In this document: positions 20,023 to 23,339 of the stretch, one piece after another
Layout: every line of letters starts with the position of its first letter
How positions within the stretch are numbered: position 1 is the stretch's first letter
Origin: Archangium sp.
Lineage (GTDB): Bacteria; Myxococcota; Myxococcia; Myxococcales; Myxococcaceae
Length of the DNA: 23,339 nt
Assembly: GCA_031367385.1 (NCBI GenBank)
Contig: JANLPS010000393.1
Span: forward strand, 1 to 23,339
Direction of reading: 5' to 3'
The notes under the pieces: generated by a model
What the model was told of the DNA's origin: nothing
What the model saw: only the letters and a program-made list of their open reading frames with translations
Databases searched by the model: none
Translations under genes and position numbers: made by a program

Positions 20023-21531
20023 ATGGCTCGTTTGAAGAAGGTGCTCGTCGCCAACCGCGGCGAGATTGCTGTTCGGGTGATGCGCACGTGCAAAGAGCTC
20101 GGGCTCAAGACGGTCGCGGTGTACTCCGAGGCCGACCGCTCGGCGCTGCATACGCGCTTCGCTGACGAGGCGTACCTGGTGGGGCCCGCGCCCTCGCGCG
20201 AGAGCTACCTGGTGATGGACAACATTCTCGCCGCCGCCAAACAGTCGGGCGCCGACGCGATTCACCCGGGCTACGGCTTCTTGTCTGAGAACCCCAAGTT
20301 CGTTCGCGCCTGCGAGAAGGCAGGCATCACCTTCATCGGGCCTCCAGCGAGCGCGATGGAGGCGATGGGCGAGAAGACCCACGCCCGCGCGAACATGGTC
20401 AAGGCCGGCGTGCCAGTGGTGCCGGGCACGACTGAGCCGTTCGCCTCGGTCGAAGACGCGCGAAAATACGCGGCGAAGATCGGCTACCCCATCATGCTCA
20501 AGGCAGCGGGCGGAGGCGGCGGCAAGGGCATGCGGCGCATCGACAAAGAAGCCGAGCTCGAGTCGTCGTGGCGAGCGGCGAAGAGTGAGTCGATGAGCGC
20601 CTTCGGCAACGACGCGGTGTACATCGAGAAGTTTCTCGACCAGCCGCACCACGTCGAAATTCAGGTGTTCGCCGACACGCATGGCAACTGCATTCATTTA
20701 AATGAGCGCGAGTGCAGCGCCCAGCGGCGAAATCAAAAGGTGGTCGAAGAGACGCCGTCACCGATTCTGACGCCGCAGATGCGCGCGGCGATGGGCGAGG
20801 TCGCGGTGAAGGCTGCCAAGGCGGTCGGCTATGTCGGCGCGGGCACGGTCGAGTTTCTGGTCGACAGCTCGAGAAATTTTTACTTTCTCGAGATGAACAC
20901 CCGGCTGCAGGTCGAGCACCCGGTGACCGAGTGGGTCACTGGCGTCGATCTGGTCGCCTGGCAGCTGCACGTGGCCCAGGGCGGCGTGCTGCCGTCGCTC
21001 GAGCCAATCGCTCCTCGCGGGCACTCGATCGAGGTGCGGGTCTATGCCGAAGACCCGGCCACGAACTTCATGCCCTTTCCCGGCAAGATCGAGGCGCTGC
21101 GGGTGCCGAGCGGGCCATTCGTTCGCGACGACTCGGGTGTGTATGCGGGGTACACGGTGCCCAATGTGTACGACCCGATGATCTCGAAGCTGTCGGTGTG
21201 GGCTCCGACGCGGGCCGAGGCGCTGCTGCGCATTCGCCGGGCGCTCGATGAGTACGTGGTCAAGGGCATCACCACCAACATTCGCTACCTGCAGAACATC
21301 GTCACCCACCCCGAGTTCGTGAAGGGCGACTACGACACCGGCTTCTTGGGTCGTGAGCACCAGGCGCTGCTGGGCGTCGATGATACCGAGAAGACCCGCG
21401 CGGCAACCATCGCAGCCGCGGTGTTCGCCCATCAGCGCAGTGAAGCGCGAAGCCAGCTGGTGCCCGGCGCGGTGAAGACCGGAGCGACCGCCAGCTCGTG
21501 GCGCAGCGGCCGTTCGTGGAGAAAGGCGTAA
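20023..21531 (+). CDS. accC: Biotin carboxylase subunit of an acetyl/propionyl-CoA carboxylase
   Basis: [76 protein letters not shown]. Confidence 0.93.
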   Translation: MARLKKVLVANRGEIAVRVMRTCKELGLKTVAVYSEADRSALHTRFADEAYLVGPAPSRESYLVMDNILAAAKQSGADAIHPGYGFLSENPKFVRACEKAGITFIGPPASAMEAMGEKTHARANMVKAGVPVVPGTTEPFASVEDARKYAAKIGYPIMLKAAGGGGGKGMRRIDKEAELESSWRAAKSESMSAFGNDAVYIEKFLDQPHHVEIQVFADTHGNCIHLNERECSAQRRNQKVVEETPSPILTPQMRAAMGEVAVKAAKAVGYVGAGTVEFLVDSSRNFYFLEMNTRLQVEHPVTEWVTGVDLVAWQLHVAQGGVLPSLEPIAPRGHSIEVRVYAEDPATNFMPFPGKIEALRVPSGPFVRDDSGVYAGYTVPNVYDPMISKLSVWAPTRAEALLRIRRALDEYVVKGITTNIRYLQNIVTHPEFVKGDYDTGFLGREHQALLGVDDTEKTRAATIAAAVFAHQRSEARSQLVPGAVKTGATASSWRSGRSWRKA

Positions 21532-21536
21532 CCGTC

Positions 21537-22067
21537 ATGGCGAAACAGACGACGTATTTCGCGAAGAACGTGAAGGCAGGCGCGGCGGCCGAGCCCCAAC
21601 CCCTGCTGGTCGAGCCGCTCGGTGAGGGCCGCTACGCGGTCACCGTCGACGGCAGGCGCTCAGAAGTGCACGCCCTGCCCCTGCCGGGCGAGGCGATGTC
21701 GATGCTGATCGATGGCGCGTCGTACAACGTCGAGCTCGAGGCCAAGGGCGATCAGATTGGCGTGCTGCTGCGCAACCAGATCACCCGCTTCGACCTGGTC
21801 GACGAGCAGAAGTACCGCCTGCGAGCGGCCGCGGCAACGTTCAGCAACGAAGGGCGCCAGGTCGTCAACTCGCCGATGCCGGGCAAGGTGGTGCGGGTGT
21901 TCGTCAAGGTGGGCGACGCGGTCACCGAGGGGCAGCCGCTGGTGGTGGTCGAAGCGATGAAGATGGAGAACGAGCTCAAGAGCCCCAAGGCGGGCACGGT
22001 GACCGAAGTGACCGCCAAAGAAGGCACCGCGGTCGAAAACGGGTCGAAGTTGGTGGTGGTTGAATGA
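21537..22067 (+). CDS. Biotin carboxyl carrier protein with N-terminal BT-like domain
   Basis: SPMPGKVV and [10 protein letters not shown] biotinylation motif; ATG 21537 follows the accC stop. Confidence 0.92.
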   Translation: MAKQTTYFAKNVKAGAAAEPQPLLVEPLGEGRYAVTVDGRRSEVHALPLPGEAMSMLIDGASYNVELEAKGDQIGVLLRNQITRFDLVDEQKYRLRAAAATFSNEGRQVVNSPMPGKVVRVFVKVGDAVTEGQPLVVVEAMKMENELKSPKAGTVTEVTAKEGTAVENGSKLVVVE

Positions 22068-22423
22068 GCGTGGGGGGCGTCGATCTGGTGCCCTTCGTCG
22101 TCGGGTTGCTGGCGGTGTACCTGGCATTCTGGGTGTTCAGGCGCACCCGGCAGGTCACCTCAAAGACGGCGCATCTGATGGTCGACACCGGCGCGTTGTT
22201 GCTCGATGTGCGCACCGCGAAGGAGTTCGAGGGTGGGCACCTGCAGGGAGCAGTGAACGTGCCGTTGCCGACGCTGACGAGCAACCCGCTGGCGGTGGGA
22301 GATCGTCAGCGCGCGGTGGTGGTGTACTGCCAGTCGGGCACGCGCAGCGCACTGGCAAGCGTGGTGCTTCGGCGGGCCGGGTTTACCCAGGTCGCTGATC
22401 TGGGCCCGATGGGGCGCTGGTAG
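22064..22423 (+). CDS. Membrane-anchored single-domain rhodanese
   Basis: N-terminal TM helix; [22 protein letters not shown]; active loop [12 protein letters not shown] overlap with the BCCP gene. Confidence 0.9.
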   Translation: MSVGGVDLVPFVVGLLAVYLAFWVFRRTRQVTSKTAHLMVDTGALLLDVRTAKEFEGGHLQGAVNVPLPTLTSNPLAVGDRQRAVVVYCQSGTRSALASVVLRRAGFTQVADLGPMGRW

Positions 22424-22427
22424 GCCG

Positions 22428-23192
22428 GTGCTCGTTCTTCTCGTGGCGGCGATGGCGGGCAGTGTCGATGCAGGGCCTCCGCCAGGGCTGCGGTGCTTGC
22501 CCACCTGGTACGACGGCACGGTGACGCAGCTGGGCGATGGCGGCTGGGGCCTGCAGCTCGATTCAGGGGTGTACCTGCCGTGGGAGAAGACGGGCACCCC
22601 CGACGGCGGAGACCCCGAGTCGCTGGAGGTCACCTCGCTGGCCGACATCTACCGGCCGCCCTACCGCGCGGGGCCCATCGTGCCGATCGACACGTCAGAC
22701 GCGGGCGCCATCGAAGACCCGGGTCGCGCGCGCGTCGAGCAGCTGTTCTTGGCGACCTATGGAGCGACCCGCCAAGAGGTCGTTCAGCACCTAGGCAGCG
22801 TGCGGTTCATGGGGCAACGGTACGGGTTTCACGAGCGAGCGGCCGCGGCATTGACCCGGGTCGTGGCGCGGCTGATCGACGCGGTGAAAAAGCGCAAAGA
22901 CCTGGCGCCATTCTTACAAGACATCGGCGGCACGTTTATCTGGCGGCGAATCGCACGGTCGCGCAACTTGTCGACCCATGCGTTCGGCATTGCCATCGAC
23001 GTCAATGTCGATCGCTCCAACTACTGGAGGTGGACCTTCAAGGGCCAACCGATGATCTGGAAGAACCGAATACCCCAGGAGATCGTCGACGCCTTCGAGG
23101 CCGAAGGGTTCATCTGGGGCGGCCGCTGGGCCCATTACGACACGATGCACTTCGAGTATCGACCCGAGCTCACCAGCCCACTGTGCCAGTGA
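22428..23192 (+). CDS. M15-family Zn metallopeptidase (D-Ala-D-Ala carboxypeptidase / L-Ala-D-Glu peptidase-like)
   Basis: WRRIAR...LSTHAFGIAIDVN (SxHxxGxAxD), FIWGGRW, DTMHFEYRPEL; short hydrophobic N-terminus. Confidence 0.88.
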   Translation: MLVLLVAAMAGSVDAGPPPGLRCLPTWYDGTVTQLGDGGWGLQLDSGVYLPWEKTGTPDGGDPESLEVTSLADIYRPPYRAGPIVPIDTSDAGAIEDPGRARVEQLFLATYGATRQEVVQHLGSVRFMGQRYGFHERAAAALTRVVARLIDAVKKRKDLAPFLQDIGGTFIWRRIARSRNLSTHAFGIAIDVNVDRSNYWRWTFKGQPMIWKNRIPQEIVDAFEAEGFIWGGRWAHYDTMHFEYRPELTSPLCQ

Positions 23193-23203
23193 GCGTTGAG
23201 TCG

Positions 23204-23339
23204 CAATGCTGGTCATTTAGCAGCGGGGCGCTGGACCCATTTCTTGTCGTAAGCGCTCATCTTGATCTTCACGACGCGTGGAAAACTGCGCTTCGGACGG
23301 CGTGGCGGCAGCAGTAAGAGTCGCATGCGTTGCCTGAGG
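23204..23339 (-). mobile_element. Right end of an IS4-family insertion sequence (transposase C-terminus plus terminal inverted repeat)
   Basis: Minus-strand frame 23338-23213 reads LRQRMRLLLLPPRRPKRSFPRVVKIKMSAYDKKWVQRPAAK*, like IS4 transposase C-termini; the stop lies inside CAATGCTGGTCATTTAG (23204-23220), which resembles the IS4 terminal repeat. Not in the ORF track. Confidence 0.75.

Noticed and set aside
22493..23317. 274-aa alternative-frame ORF over the M15 peptidase
   Set aside because: Arg-rich off-frame translation without motifs; the M15 frame carries all catalytic residues.

Overview
GC-rich window whose gene content (tandem PilZ protein, Cys-rich EGF lipoprotein) suggests a myxobacterium; that assignment is inferred. 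Left to right: a 2OG-Fe(II) oxygenase divergent from an ADP-ribosylglycohydrolase / APH-like kinase / Zn-ribbon trio; a LysR regulator divergent from a membrane protein and a DUF697-SHOCT-like protein; a tandem PilZ protein; a compact, divergent pabA-pabB-pabC operon; a 930-aa lipoprotein with Cys-rich repeats, 8 Ca-binding EGF repeats and a C-terminal FGE-sulfatase (CLec-fold) domain; gltB-gltD; a ~1.8-kb segment (degraded ORF plus SAM methyltransferase) bracketed by direct repeats made of a gltD 3'-end copy and a 65-bp double-palindrome unit; biotin carboxylase, BCCP, rhodanese and M15 peptidase genes; and the right end of an IS4-family element at the window edge. The most unusual items are the integrase-less repeat-bracketed methyltransferase cassette, a separate 40-bp dispersed repeat, the ARH-kinase-Zn-ribbon trio, and -10-like hexamers just upstream of many start codons (leaderless-type genes).
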